Positions 10,701-18,368 of a stretch of 64,000 bases of DNA are shown here, in pieces. The notes under the pieces were generated by a model. The model ran no database searches. It was not told the DNA's origin and was given only the letters and a program-made list of their open reading frames with translations. This DNA is from an uncultured Clostridia bacterium. GTDB taxonomy: Bacteria; Bacillota; Clostridia; Lachnospirales; Anaerotignaceae. Made by a program: the position numbers and the translations under genes. The stretch covers positions 4,441-68,440 of the forward strand of contig CALWRF010000017.1 in the NCBI GenBank assembly GCA_944383885.1. Direction: 5' to 3'. How positions within the stretch are numbered: the first letter of the stretch is position 1; every line of letters begins with the position of its first letter.

Positions 10701-11228
10701 GCTCTTTATCCAAAGGTATTTGATGATTTCTGCAAACACCTTGAGTATTATAATGATGTATCAAGGCTTGAAAGCCATGTTTTCTTCTATGGTCTTAACA
10801 AAGGCGAAGAAACAATGCTTAAACTCGGTGAAGGCAAGAACCTTATTATTAAGTTCAACGAAATGAGTGAGCCTAATGCCGAGGGCGTAAGAACGCTTAC
10901 ATTTGAGATTAACGGCGTAACACGTGATATAACTGTAGTTGACAAGAAAGCTGAAGAAACTGTTGACAAACATCCTAAAGCTGATAAATCAAACGAACTT
11001 CATGTTGGTTCACCTATACCGGGAACAATAGGTAAAATTCTTGTTAAAGCCGGTGACCATATCGAAAAGAACAGCCTTCTTCTTACTGTAGAGGCTATGA
11101 AAATGGAAACATCCATACTTTCAACATTTGCGGGCACTGTAAAGGAGGTGCTTGTAAAAGAAGGGGAAAAAGTACAGCCTGATGACCTTCTTATAGTATT
11201 TGATTCAGTTGATAAGGCTGCCGAGTAA
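7764..11228 (+). CDS. pyc: Pyruvate carboxylase
   Basis: 1154 aa. It combines a biotin carboxylase domain (VANRGEIAIRV, EMNPRIQVEHTVTE), a carboxyltransferase TIM barrel (DTSMRDAHQSL) and a C-terminal biotinyl domain with the EAMKME motif. Confidence 0.96.
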   Translation: MENIKIKNFKRVLVANRGEIAIRVYRALNELDIQTIGVYSKEDKYSLFRTKADESYELDRTKGAIEAYLDIPGIIKIAKEKDVDAIHPGYGFLSENSDFAQACADNGIVFIGPDKASMDAMGDKISSKRMAIECNVPIIPGVDHALTSEEEAIAVADKIGYPVMLKASNGGGGRGMRIVNKKEDMPREYNEARTESKKAFGSEQIFIEKYLRAPKHVEVQILGDQYGNIVHLFDRDCSVQRRHQKVVEYAPAFTIKQEVRERMFADAVRLAKHVGYKNAGTLEFLVDADQNYYFIEMNPRIQVEHTVTEMVTNIDIVRSQILIAEGYPLDSEEINIKSQKDVICNGYAIQARVTTEDPANNFLPDTGKISVYRSGAGNGIRLDGGTAYTGAEITPYYDSLLVKIVSHDRNFATAANKAIRALRETRVRGVKTNIPFLINVLKNETFIKGECTTTFIEETPSLFEIELSKDRATKIAEFIGNRMVNEMQGKKPDFVSIPAPKLFETGEFTGSRDEFLKLGAKDFTQKILNEKRLFITDTSMRDAHQSLMATRMRTIDLVKVAPLTNQVMRNAFSVEAWGGATFDVAYRFLNESPWIRLQDLRERMPNTLIQMLLRAANTVGYSNYPDNVVKEFIKEASERGVDVFRIFDSLNWMENMKLPVEEALKTGKIVEGAICYTGDILNPQEKKYTVEYYIKKAKELEAMGCHIFAIKDMAGLLKPYAAKELFTALKSELKIPVHLHTHDSTGNGVSTVLMAAKAGVDIADAAIEAMSSLTSQPSMNSIVEALKGTQRDTLLDSTELARLSKYYADVRKVYYSFESNLKTPNTEIYRYEIPGGQYSNLLAQVKAMGGNDDDFEEIKKLYKQANELFGNIIKVTPTAKIVGDMAIFMYQNKLNADNIFTEGRNLSYPDSVIEYFMGMVGQPDGGFPKELQKIILKDRKPLTERAGKSLEPADFEEIKKHILQQLPENMVEKKHLISYALYPKVFDDFCKHLEYYNDVSRLESHVFFYGLNKGEETMLKLGEGKNLIIKFNEMSEPNAEGVRTLTFEINGVTRDITVVDKKAEETVDKHPKADKSNELHVGSPIPGTIGKILVKAGDHIEKNSLLLTVEAMKMETSILSTFAGTVKEVLVKEGEKVQPDDLLIVFDSVDKAAE

Positions 11229-11246
11229 AAATAATGAATAATATAA

Positions 11247-11278
11247 AGCGGATAAACTTTGGGGTTTATCCGTTTTTG
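11247..11278 (+). terminator. Intrinsic terminator of pyc
   Basis: AGCGGATAAAC (11247-11257) pairs with GTTTATCCGTT (11264-11274), running into a T-run. Confidence 0.75.
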
Positions 11279-11324
11279 CTTTTATGTTAAAATTTAGTAA
11301 AATACAGCTTTACGGGGGAAAAAT

Positions 11325-11909
11325 ATGTCTAAAAAGAACTCAAGAAATACAAAAGGACGGATAATTTCAGCAGCATGGGAGCTATTTTATGAGCAGGGTT
11401 ACGATGATACAACAGTTGAGGAAATAATAGAAAAATCACAAACCTCAAAAGGCTCTTTTTATCATTATTTTGAAGGCAAAGACGCTCTTTTAAGCTCGCT
11501 TTCAATTCTTTTTGATGAAAAATACCAAGAGCTTATGGAAGTAATGGATAAGGAAATGGACAGCTTTGAGAAACTGATGTATTTAAACAGGGAGCTTTTT
11601 AAAATGATAGACAACAGTATCTCGCTGGACCTTTTGGCAAGGCTTTATTCTTCACAGCTTGTTACAAAAGGAGAAAAACACTTAATGGATCATAATAGAA
11701 TTTATTTTAAAGTTTTAAGGCAGATAGTTCTGGAAGGGCAGCAGAGAGGACAAATAAGAAATGATATATCTGTTAATGAGATTGTTAAGGTGTATGCTAT
11801 GTGCGAGAGAGCTTTTTTATATGATTGGTGTATATGCAGCGGGGAATATTCCCTCTTACAGTATTCGGAAAAAATATTTCCAATGCTTTTCTGGAAGTTT
11901 AGAGCGTAG
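11325..11909 (+). CDS. TetR/AcrR family transcriptional regulator
   Basis: 194 aa. The N-terminal HTH region (GRIISAAWELFYEQGYDDTTVEEIIEKSQTSKGSFYHYF) is the canonical TetR_N signature. Confidence 0.85.
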   Translation: MSKKNSRNTKGRIISAAWELFYEQGYDDTTVEEIIEKSQTSKGSFYHYFEGKDALLSSLSILFDEKYQELMEVMDKEMDSFEKLMYLNRELFKMIDNSISLDLLARLYSSQLVTKGEKHLMDHNRIYFKVLRQIVLEGQQRGQIRNDISVNEIVKVYAMCERAFLYDWCICSGEYSLLQYSEKIFPMLFWKFRA

Positions 11910-12008
11910 TATTAATATTAATATGAAAATATATACAATAAATAATTTATAAATAGTACGGTAATTATAATTGAAATTAAAATGAATTTTTTGTTAAACT
12001 GCTGTTTT

Positions 12009-12030
12009 AGTATAGAATATAGTCTATACT
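12009..12030. promoter_or_regulatory. Palindrome AGTATAG-N8-CTATACT, candidate operator upstream of putP
   Basis: A 7 bp perfect inverted repeat lies in the TetR-putP intergenic region, about 30 bp upstream of a GATATAAT -10-like element (about 12062-12069). Confidence 0.3.
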
Positions 12031-12113
12031 TAGTTCTGTATTTCGTTCTAATTTGATTTGTGATATAATCCAAATAATTTTACAAATTTATAACTTTAAG
12101 AGGGGTAATTAAA

Positions 12114-13652
12114 ATGGAAAAGTATCAAATCTACATAATGATTTCCATAGGAGTATACCTTATAGGTATGCTTGTTGTGGGAGCCATTTGCTCAAAAAAG
12201 AATAACAGCGCCGATGACTTTTATTTAGGCGGCAGACAGCTTGGACCTATTGTTACGGCTATGAGCGCTGAAGCATCTGATATGAGCAGCTGGCTTTTAA
12301 TGGGGCTTCCGGGGGTTGCTTACCTTACTGGTATATGCGATGCAGGCTGGACAGCCATAGGTCTTGCGATTGGAACTTATGTAAACTGGCTTATTGTGGC
12401 TAAAAAAATACGAAGATACACACAGGTGTGCAAAAATTCAATTACAATACCTGATTTCTTTTCAAACCGTTACCGTGACGACAGCAATATTATTATGGCT
12501 CTTTCCGCGGCTATAATAATTATATTCTTTGTGCCTTACACTGCTTCTGGCTTTGCTGCCTGCGGCAAACTTTTTGCAAGTCTTTTTGGTGTGGACTATT
12601 TAATGGCTATGCTAATAAGCGCTGTTGTAATTGTTGGATATACAGCACTTGGAGGATTTTTGGCTGCCAGCACAACAGACCTTATACAAAGCATTGTTAT
12701 GACAGCAGCGCTTATTATAGTGCTTGTTTTTGGCGTGCATGTAGCCGGAGGTATTGATAATGTTATTGAAAACGCCAAAAACCTTCCCGGTTATTTTTCA
12801 ATGAGCGCGACATATTCTTTGGAAACAAACACTGCTTCGTCTTATGGCTTTATTACTAAGATTTCAACTTTGGCATGGGGACTTGGATATTTTGGCATGC
12901 CGCATATACTTTTAAGATTTATGGCTATAAACGACCATAATAAGCTAAAGCTTTCAAGGAGAATTGCCACTGTTTGGGTTGTTATTTCCCTTGCCGTTGC
13001 GATATTTATAGGTGTAGTTGGTCTTGCAATGACAAATGCAGGCGCTATTAAGTTCCTTGAAGGTTCAGCTTCAGAAACAATTATTGTAGAAATTTCATCG
13101 CTTTTAAGCCAGATAGGCATTGTTCCGGCTCTTTTGGCAGGTGTTATATTAGCCGGTATTTTGGCTTCTACAATGTCCACAGCTGATTCACAGCTTATAG
13201 CGGCATCATCTGCGGTGTCAAAAAATATATTCGGAATTTTTGTTGATGTTAATAACGAGCCTAAAAGAACTATGGCAATGGCAAGAATTACACTTCTTGT
13301 TATATCTGTTATAGCCGCAATTATAGCAAGAAATCCGGATAGTTCGGTTTTCGGCATAGTTTCATTTGCGTGGGCAGGCTTTGGCGCTTCATTTGGACCT
13401 GTTGTGCTTTTTGCTCTTTTCTGGAGAAGGTCAAACAGATATGGCGCAATAGCCGGAATGATTTCAGGCGGCGCTATGGTATTTATTTGGAAATACCTTA
13501 TTAAGCCGATGGGCGGAATTTGGAATATTTATGAGCTTTTACCGGCATTTATTATTGCGTGTCTGTTTATAATTGTAGTTAGCCTTATAACAGAAGCGCC
13601 TTCAAAAGAAATTACAGATGAGTTTGACAAAGTAAAAGCTCTAAAGGACTGA
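12114..13652 (+). CDS. putP: Sodium:proline symporter (SSF family)
   Basis: 512 aa and polytopic. It starts with DFYLGGRQLGP, and AMSAEASDMSSWLLMGLPG is typical of PutP/SSF transporters. An AAGAGGGG SD is present. Confidence 0.88.
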   Translation: MEKYQIYIMISIGVYLIGMLVVGAICSKKNNSADDFYLGGRQLGPIVTAMSAEASDMSSWLLMGLPGVAYLTGICDAGWTAIGLAIGTYVNWLIVAKKIRRYTQVCKNSITIPDFFSNRYRDDSNIIMALSAAIIIIFFVPYTASGFAACGKLFASLFGVDYLMAMLISAVVIVGYTALGGFLAASTTDLIQSIVMTAALIIVLVFGVHVAGGIDNVIENAKNLPGYFSMSATYSLETNTASSYGFITKISTLAWGLGYFGMPHILLRFMAINDHNKLKLSRRIATVWVVISLAVAIFIGVVGLAMTNAGAIKFLEGSASETIIVEISSLLSQIGIVPALLAGVILAGILASTMSTADSQLIAASSAVSKNIFGIFVDVNNEPKRTMAMARITLLVISVIAAIIARNPDSSVFGIVSFAWAGFGASFGPVVLFALFWRRSNRYGAIAGMISGGAMVFIWKYLIKPMGGIWNIYELLPAFIIACLFIIVVSLITEAPSKEITDEFDKVKALKD

Positions 13653-13656
13653 TAAC

Positions 13657-13905
13657 ATGGACAGCGGATTTATAGAAATAGACGTTCATGGCATGAACAG
13701 GTTTCAGGCTAAAACTTATATAGACAGTGTTCTTAAAAAAGCCGGCAGTGATGTATACAGAATAGATATTGTTCACGGTTACCGCGGCGGCTCATCACTT
13801 AAAGAAATGGTAAGAAAAGAGTACCGCTCCCATCCAAAGGTAAAAAGAATGGAACTGGGACTAAATGAGGGAGTTACAACACTTATATTGAGAGATTTAT
13901 TTTAA
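13657..13905 (+). CDS. Stand-alone Smr (small MutS-related) domain protein
   Basis: 82 aa with IDVHGM...VHGYRGGSSLKEMV, resembling the Smr-domain DLHG and hG.G motifs. The start lies 4 nt after the putP stop. Confidence 0.7.
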   Translation: MDSGFIEIDVHGMNRFQAKTYIDSVLKKAGSDVYRIDIVHGYRGGSSLKEMVRKEYRSHPKVKRMELGLNEGVTTLILRDLF

Positions 13906-13917
13906 TAATATGCTTTT

Positions 13918-13951
13918 ATCCGGCTTAAAATATATTTGAGCCGGATTTTTT
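13918..13951 (+). terminator. Intrinsic terminator after putP-smr
   Basis: ATCCGGCT (13918-13925) pairs with AGCCGGAT (13939-13946), followed by T6. Confidence 0.75.
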
Positions 13952-14122
13952 ACTTTTAATATTTTGCGGTATAATATCACAAAAATTATGTTTATATAAA
14001 CTCTTTAAAAATTATGCTGCTTTAAGGAGCTTCTTTTTGCGGCTATTATAGCAAATTATGTTTTAATGTGGTAAAATACTACCAATATTCTATTTTTAGA
14101 TTATAAATTTGGGAGGTGCTGT

Positions 14123-15262
14123 ATGAAAGCTGTAATTGCTATAGATTCTTTTAAGGGCAGCCTTTCATCTGCGGAAGCCGGAAATACGGTTAAAAAAGCT
14201 TTTGAGCATGTGTTTAAAGGCGATGCCTGTGTGTTTCCTATCGCCGACGGCGGAGAAGGCACTGTTGACACGCTTATAAACGCATTAAATGGAGAAAAAA
14301 TAAATGTGTCTGTAAAAGGACCTTTAGGAGAGAGCGTTGAGGCTTTTTATGGCATTATAAACAGCGGAAAAACGGCTGTTATAGAAATGGCGTCAGCTTC
14401 AGGCTTGCCGATGGTGCCTGAAAATAAGCGTAATCCGCTTAACACTACAACTTACGGTGTGGGTGAGCTTATAAAAGACGCAGTCAAAAGAGGAGTGCGT
14501 GATTTTGTAATAGGTCTTGGCGGAAGCGCTACAAATGATGGCGGACTGGGAATGCTTTCTGCGCTTGGAGTTGAATTTAAAGATGAAAACAATAATAAGT
14601 GCGGCATTTTCGGTCGTGACTTGTTTAATGTAAAAAATATAAGCGCAGAAAATATATTAAAAGAGCTGAAATATTGCAGTTTCAAAGCGGCTTGTGATGT
14701 TACAAATCCTCTTTGCGGACATAACGGAGCCTCAGCTGTTTTTGGACCGCAAAAAGGTGCCGACGAAAAAATGGTGCATGACCTTGATTGTGCGCTTTTG
14801 AATTTTTCAAATGTATGTGGAAATGCTGTAAATAAAGACTGTGCAAGTATTCCTGGAGCCGGCGCGGCAGGCGGATTGGGATATGCGTTAATGACTTTTC
14901 TTAATGCAAAACTGGAACCGGGAATAGATATTGTGCTCAGTCTGCTTAAAATTGAAGAAGAAATAAAAACAGCTGATATTGTAATAACAGGAGAAGGAAG
15001 ACTTGATTTTCAGACTGTTATGGGAAAGGCTCCCGGCGGAGTAGCTAAAATGGCAAAAAAATACAGCCTGCCTGTTATAGCTTTTTCTGGCAGTATAGGA
15101 AAAGGCGCCGAAAAGTGCAATGATGGCGGAATAGACGCATTTTTTCCCATTGTGCGCTCAGTTGTTACGCTTGAGGAAGCTATGAAAAAGGAAAATGCAA
15201 AATATAATCTGTATAATACATCTTTGCAGGTATTTAATGTAATAAAGTCTTTTAAACAATAA
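14123..15262 (+). CDS. glxK: Glycerate kinase
   Basis: 379 aa. MKAVIAIDSFKGSLSS...PIADGGEGTVD and ITGEGRLDFQTVMGKAP are the hallmark glycerate kinase (GarK/GlxK) motifs. Confidence 0.9.
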   Translation: MKAVIAIDSFKGSLSSAEAGNTVKKAFEHVFKGDACVFPIADGGEGTVDTLINALNGEKINVSVKGPLGESVEAFYGIINSGKTAVIEMASASGLPMVPENKRNPLNTTTYGVGELIKDAVKRGVRDFVIGLGGSATNDGGLGMLSALGVEFKDENNNKCGIFGRDLFNVKNISAENILKELKYCSFKAACDVTNPLCGHNGASAVFGPQKGADEKMVHDLDCALLNFSNVCGNAVNKDCASIPGAGAAGGLGYALMTFLNAKLEPGIDIVLSLLKIEEEIKTADIVITGEGRLDFQTVMGKAPGGVAKMAKKYSLPVIAFSGSIGKGAEKCNDGGIDAFFPIVRSVVTLEEAMKKENAKYNLYNTSLQVFNVIKSFKQ

Positions 15263-15277
15263 AAACGGAGCGGAAAA

Positions 15278-15961
15278 TTGGAAAATTACTTAAAAAATAT
15301 AAACAGAAACGAAGTTTTAAAATATTTGGGTTATAAAGGCGGAAAAGTAGACCAACAGCTTGAGGAAGATATAAAAAGCTGTTCAGAAGAGATTATAAAA
15401 ACAGCGCAGCCTAAAGTAACTTATAAAGTGTTTGATTTCAGCCATGAAAGTTTTGTGTTTGAAGGCACAAACTTTATACCTGGCGGAGATAACATAAAGG
15501 AGCTGCTTAAAGACTGCCGAAAGGCTGTTGTAATGGCTGCAACTATTGGTTCTGAAATTGAAAATTTAATAAGGAGGTACGAAATTAAAGAAATATACAG
15601 GGCGCTTATACTGGACAGCTGCGCCAGCAGTGCCGTTGAAAACGTATGTGATAATTTTCAGTCGGAATTGGAAAAAAGAGTTAATGAGCAGGGGTTATTT
15701 TTAACTGACAGATTTTCGCCGGGATATGGCGACATGCCTTTTGAACAGCAGAAAGACTTGTGCGCTATATTAAATACATCTAAAACAATAGGCGTAAGTT
15801 TAAGCGCAAGCGGCATTATGATACCGCGAAAATCAGTAACTGCAATTATGGGTATTTCAGATAAAAAGCAGGAAAAAAGGTTTAAAGGCTGTGAGTATTG
15901 TTTAATGTTTGAAAACTGTTCTTTCAGGAAGGAAGGCGTTGTTTGTGGGAAAGCTGAATAA
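15278..15961 (+). CDS. Methionine synthase reactivation (AdoMet-binding activation) domain protein, separate polypeptide
   Basis: 227 aa. RFSPGYGDMPFEQQKDLCAILNTSKTIGVSLSASGIMIPRKSVTAIMG matches the Met_synt_B12 activation domain. It has a TTG start and its 3' end overlaps the metH start. Confidence 0.8.
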   Translation: MENYLKNINRNEVLKYLGYKGGKVDQQLEEDIKSCSEEIIKTAQPKVTYKVFDFSHESFVFEGTNFIPGGDNIKELLKDCRKAVVMAATIGSEIENLIRRYEIKEIYRALILDSCASSAVENVCDNFQSELEKRVNEQGLFLTDRFSPGYGDMPFEQQKDLCAILNTSKTIGVSLSASGIMIPRKSVTAIMGISDKKQEKRFKGCEYCLMFENCSFRKEGVVCGKAE

Positions 15962-18344
15962 TATTTTGAAAAAGGATTTTGTGTTTCTTGACGGGGCAAT
16001 GGGTACAATGCTTCAGGAGGCAGGCTTAAAGCTTGGAGAAAGACCTGAAATATTGTGCATTACAGAGCCTGAAACTATTGTCAATATCCATAAAATGTAT
16101 ATAAATTCTGGAAGCGATATTGTTTATACAAATACATTCGGCGCAAACGCGCACAAATTAAACGGAACAGGCTACAGTACAGATGAAGTTATAACTGCGG
16201 CTGTTAATGCGGCTAAAAAAGCATGCAGCGGCACATCTGCCGCTGTTGCCCTTGATATAGGTCCAATAGGAGAGCTTTTGGAGCCTTCAGGAACATTGAA
16301 ATTTGAGGAAGCCTATGACATATTCAAAGAAATGGCTGTAAGCGGTGAAAAAGCCGGTGCCGAAATGATAGTGTTTGAAACCATGACAGACCTTTATGAA
16401 GTAAAGGCGGCGGTATTGGCGGCTAAAGAAAACACAAGCCTTCCGATTTTTGTAACAATGACATTTGAGGAAAACGGCAGAACATTTACAGGCTGCACCG
16501 TTGAATCCATGGCATGTGTACTTGAAGGTCTTGGAGTTGCCGCTGTAGGCATTAACTGCTCACTTGGACCAAAAGAGATTTTTCCTTTAGCTCAAAGACT
16601 TGCCAAGTGCACAACACTGCCTGTTGTTATAAAAGCTAATGCCGGTCTTCCTGACCCGCTTACTAATAAATACGACATTACACCGGAGCAGTTTGGCGAG
16701 TATATGAAAATGTATGCTCAAATAGGCGTTAGAATAGCCGGCGGCTGCTGCGGAACCACACCTGATTATATAAGGGAAATGGTAAAACAAATGCCTTTAA
16801 ATAAAGGAGAAAAAGAAAATGCTTATTCTGTTTCCAGATTATGCTCGCCTCAGAAAATGGTTGAGATAACAGGCGTCAGGGTAATAGGCGAAAGAATCAA
16901 CCCTACAGGCAAAAAGCGTTTCCAGCAGGCTTTAAGGGAAAGCGATTTAAACTATATAGCTGAAAGAGCAATTGAACAGGCAGAAGCCGGGGCTGATATA
17001 CTTGATGTTAATGTTGGTCTTCCGGGCATAGATGAAGCTGAGATGATGGTAAAAGTTGTTAAAACAATACAGTCTGTTGTGAATCTGCCTTTACAGATAG
17101 ATTCATCTGACCCGGCTGCGATAGAAGCCGGCTTGAGAGTATTTAACGGCAAAGCCATTGTTAACTCCGTAAACGGCGAGCAGGAAGTAATGGACAAAAT
17201 ACTGCCTATAGTTAAAAAATACGGCGCCAGTGTTGTAGGTCTTGCCATGGATTCAAAGGGCATACCTAAATCCGCGGAAGAAAGAATAAACATTGCTAAA
17301 AGAATACTTGATAACGCTTTAAAACATGGAATTAAAAAAGAAGATGTATTTATAGACTGTCTTACACTAACGGTTTCAGCCCAGCAGGAGCAGGCTGTGG
17401 AAACACTTAAAGCTCTCAGGTACGTTAAAGAAGAAATGGGGCTTCACACAGTTTTAGGAGTTTCCAATATTTCATTCGGTCTTCCGGCAAGGGAGTTTAT
17501 AACATGTAATTTCCTTATACAGGCAATGGCAAATGGTCTTGATTTGCCTATAATTAACCCTAACCAGCAGGCGGTAATGGACGCTGTTTATTCTTTTAAG
17601 GTATTAAGCGGAGAGGATACAAACAGCGAAAAATTTATTGAGCGTTTTGCGGGAAGAACTCAGGTGCATGAAACAGTATCCCAGAACACAGGCGCTAAAA
17701 AATCTGACGATGAGAAAAAAGGGGATTTGGACATAGCTTATGCCGTATCTAAAGGTTTGAAGGAGGAAGCTGCAAGAATAACATCTGAGCTTTTAAAAAC
17801 AATGAGCGAAATGGATATTATAAACACCCTTCTTATACCTGCCCTCGACAAAGTAGGTGAAAGGTATGAAAAGCAGGAAATATTCCTTCCACAGCTTATA
17901 AATTCGGCTTCAGCTTCATGCGAGGCTTTTGAAGTGCTTAAAAAGAGCATACTTTCAAAGGGTACAGGCTCTGTTTCAAAGGGCAAAATAATACTTGCCA
18001 CAGTTAAAGGCGATATACACGATATTGGCAAAAATATAGTTAAGGTAATACTTGAAAACTACGGCTATCATGTTATAGACTTAGGGCGTGATGTACCTGT
18101 AGAAACTGTAGTTGATACAGCGATTAAAGAAGATGTTAAGCTTGTGGGATTAAGTGCGCTTATGACAACTACACTTAAAAGCATGGGCGATACTATAGAG
18201 GCATTAAGAAAAAGCGGACATGAATGCAAAATAGTTGTCGGCGGCGCTGTGCTTACAGAGGATTATGCTAAAAAAATAGGCGCCGACTGTTACGCTAAAG
18301 ACGCTAAACAGACAGTTGATTTTGCTAAAGAAATATTAGGGTAA
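15945..18344 (+). CDS. metH: Cobalamin-dependent methionine synthase lacking the activation domain (Hcy-binding, pterin-binding, B12 cap and B12-binding modules)
   Basis: It has an Hcy S-methyltransferase N-terminus (FLDGAMGTMLQ, GGCCGTTPDYI), a pterin-binding barrel and the B12 motif DIHDIGKNIV. The start is uncertain. GTG at 15945 follows GGAAGGAAGG by about 9 nt; the track's TTG at 15909 is the alternative. Confidence 0.9.
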   Translation: MGKLNNILKKDFVFLDGAMGTMLQEAGLKLGERPEILCITEPETIVNIHKMYINSGSDIVYTNTFGANAHKLNGTGYSTDEVITAAVNAAKKACSGTSAAVALDIGPIGELLEPSGTLKFEEAYDIFKEMAVSGEKAGAEMIVFETMTDLYEVKAAVLAAKENTSLPIFVTMTFEENGRTFTGCTVESMACVLEGLGVAAVGINCSLGPKEIFPLAQRLAKCTTLPVVIKANAGLPDPLTNKYDITPEQFGEYMKMYAQIGVRIAGGCCGTTPDYIREMVKQMPLNKGEKENAYSVSRLCSPQKMVEITGVRVIGERINPTGKKRFQQALRESDLNYIAERAIEQAEAGADILDVNVGLPGIDEAEMMVKVVKTIQSVVNLPLQIDSSDPAAIEAGLRVFNGKAIVNSVNGEQEVMDKILPIVKKYGASVVGLAMDSKGIPKSAEERINIAKRILDNALKHGIKKEDVFIDCLTLTVSAQQEQAVETLKALRYVKEEMGLHTVLGVSNISFGLPAREFITCNFLIQAMANGLDLPIINPNQQAVMDAVYSFKVLSGEDTNSEKFIERFAGRTQVHETVSQNTGAKKSDDEKKGDLDIAYAVSKGLKEEAARITSELLKTMSEMDIINTLLIPALDKVGERYEKQEIFLPQLINSASASCEAFEVLKKSILSKGTGSVSKGKIILATVKGDIHDIGKNIVKVILENYGYHVIDLGRDVPVETVVDTAIKEDVKLVGLSALMTTTLKSMGDTIEALRKSGHECKIVVGGAVLTEDYAKKIGADCYAKDAKQTVDFAKEILG

Positions 18345-18368
18345 AATAATTTCACAAAGAGGTAAGGT

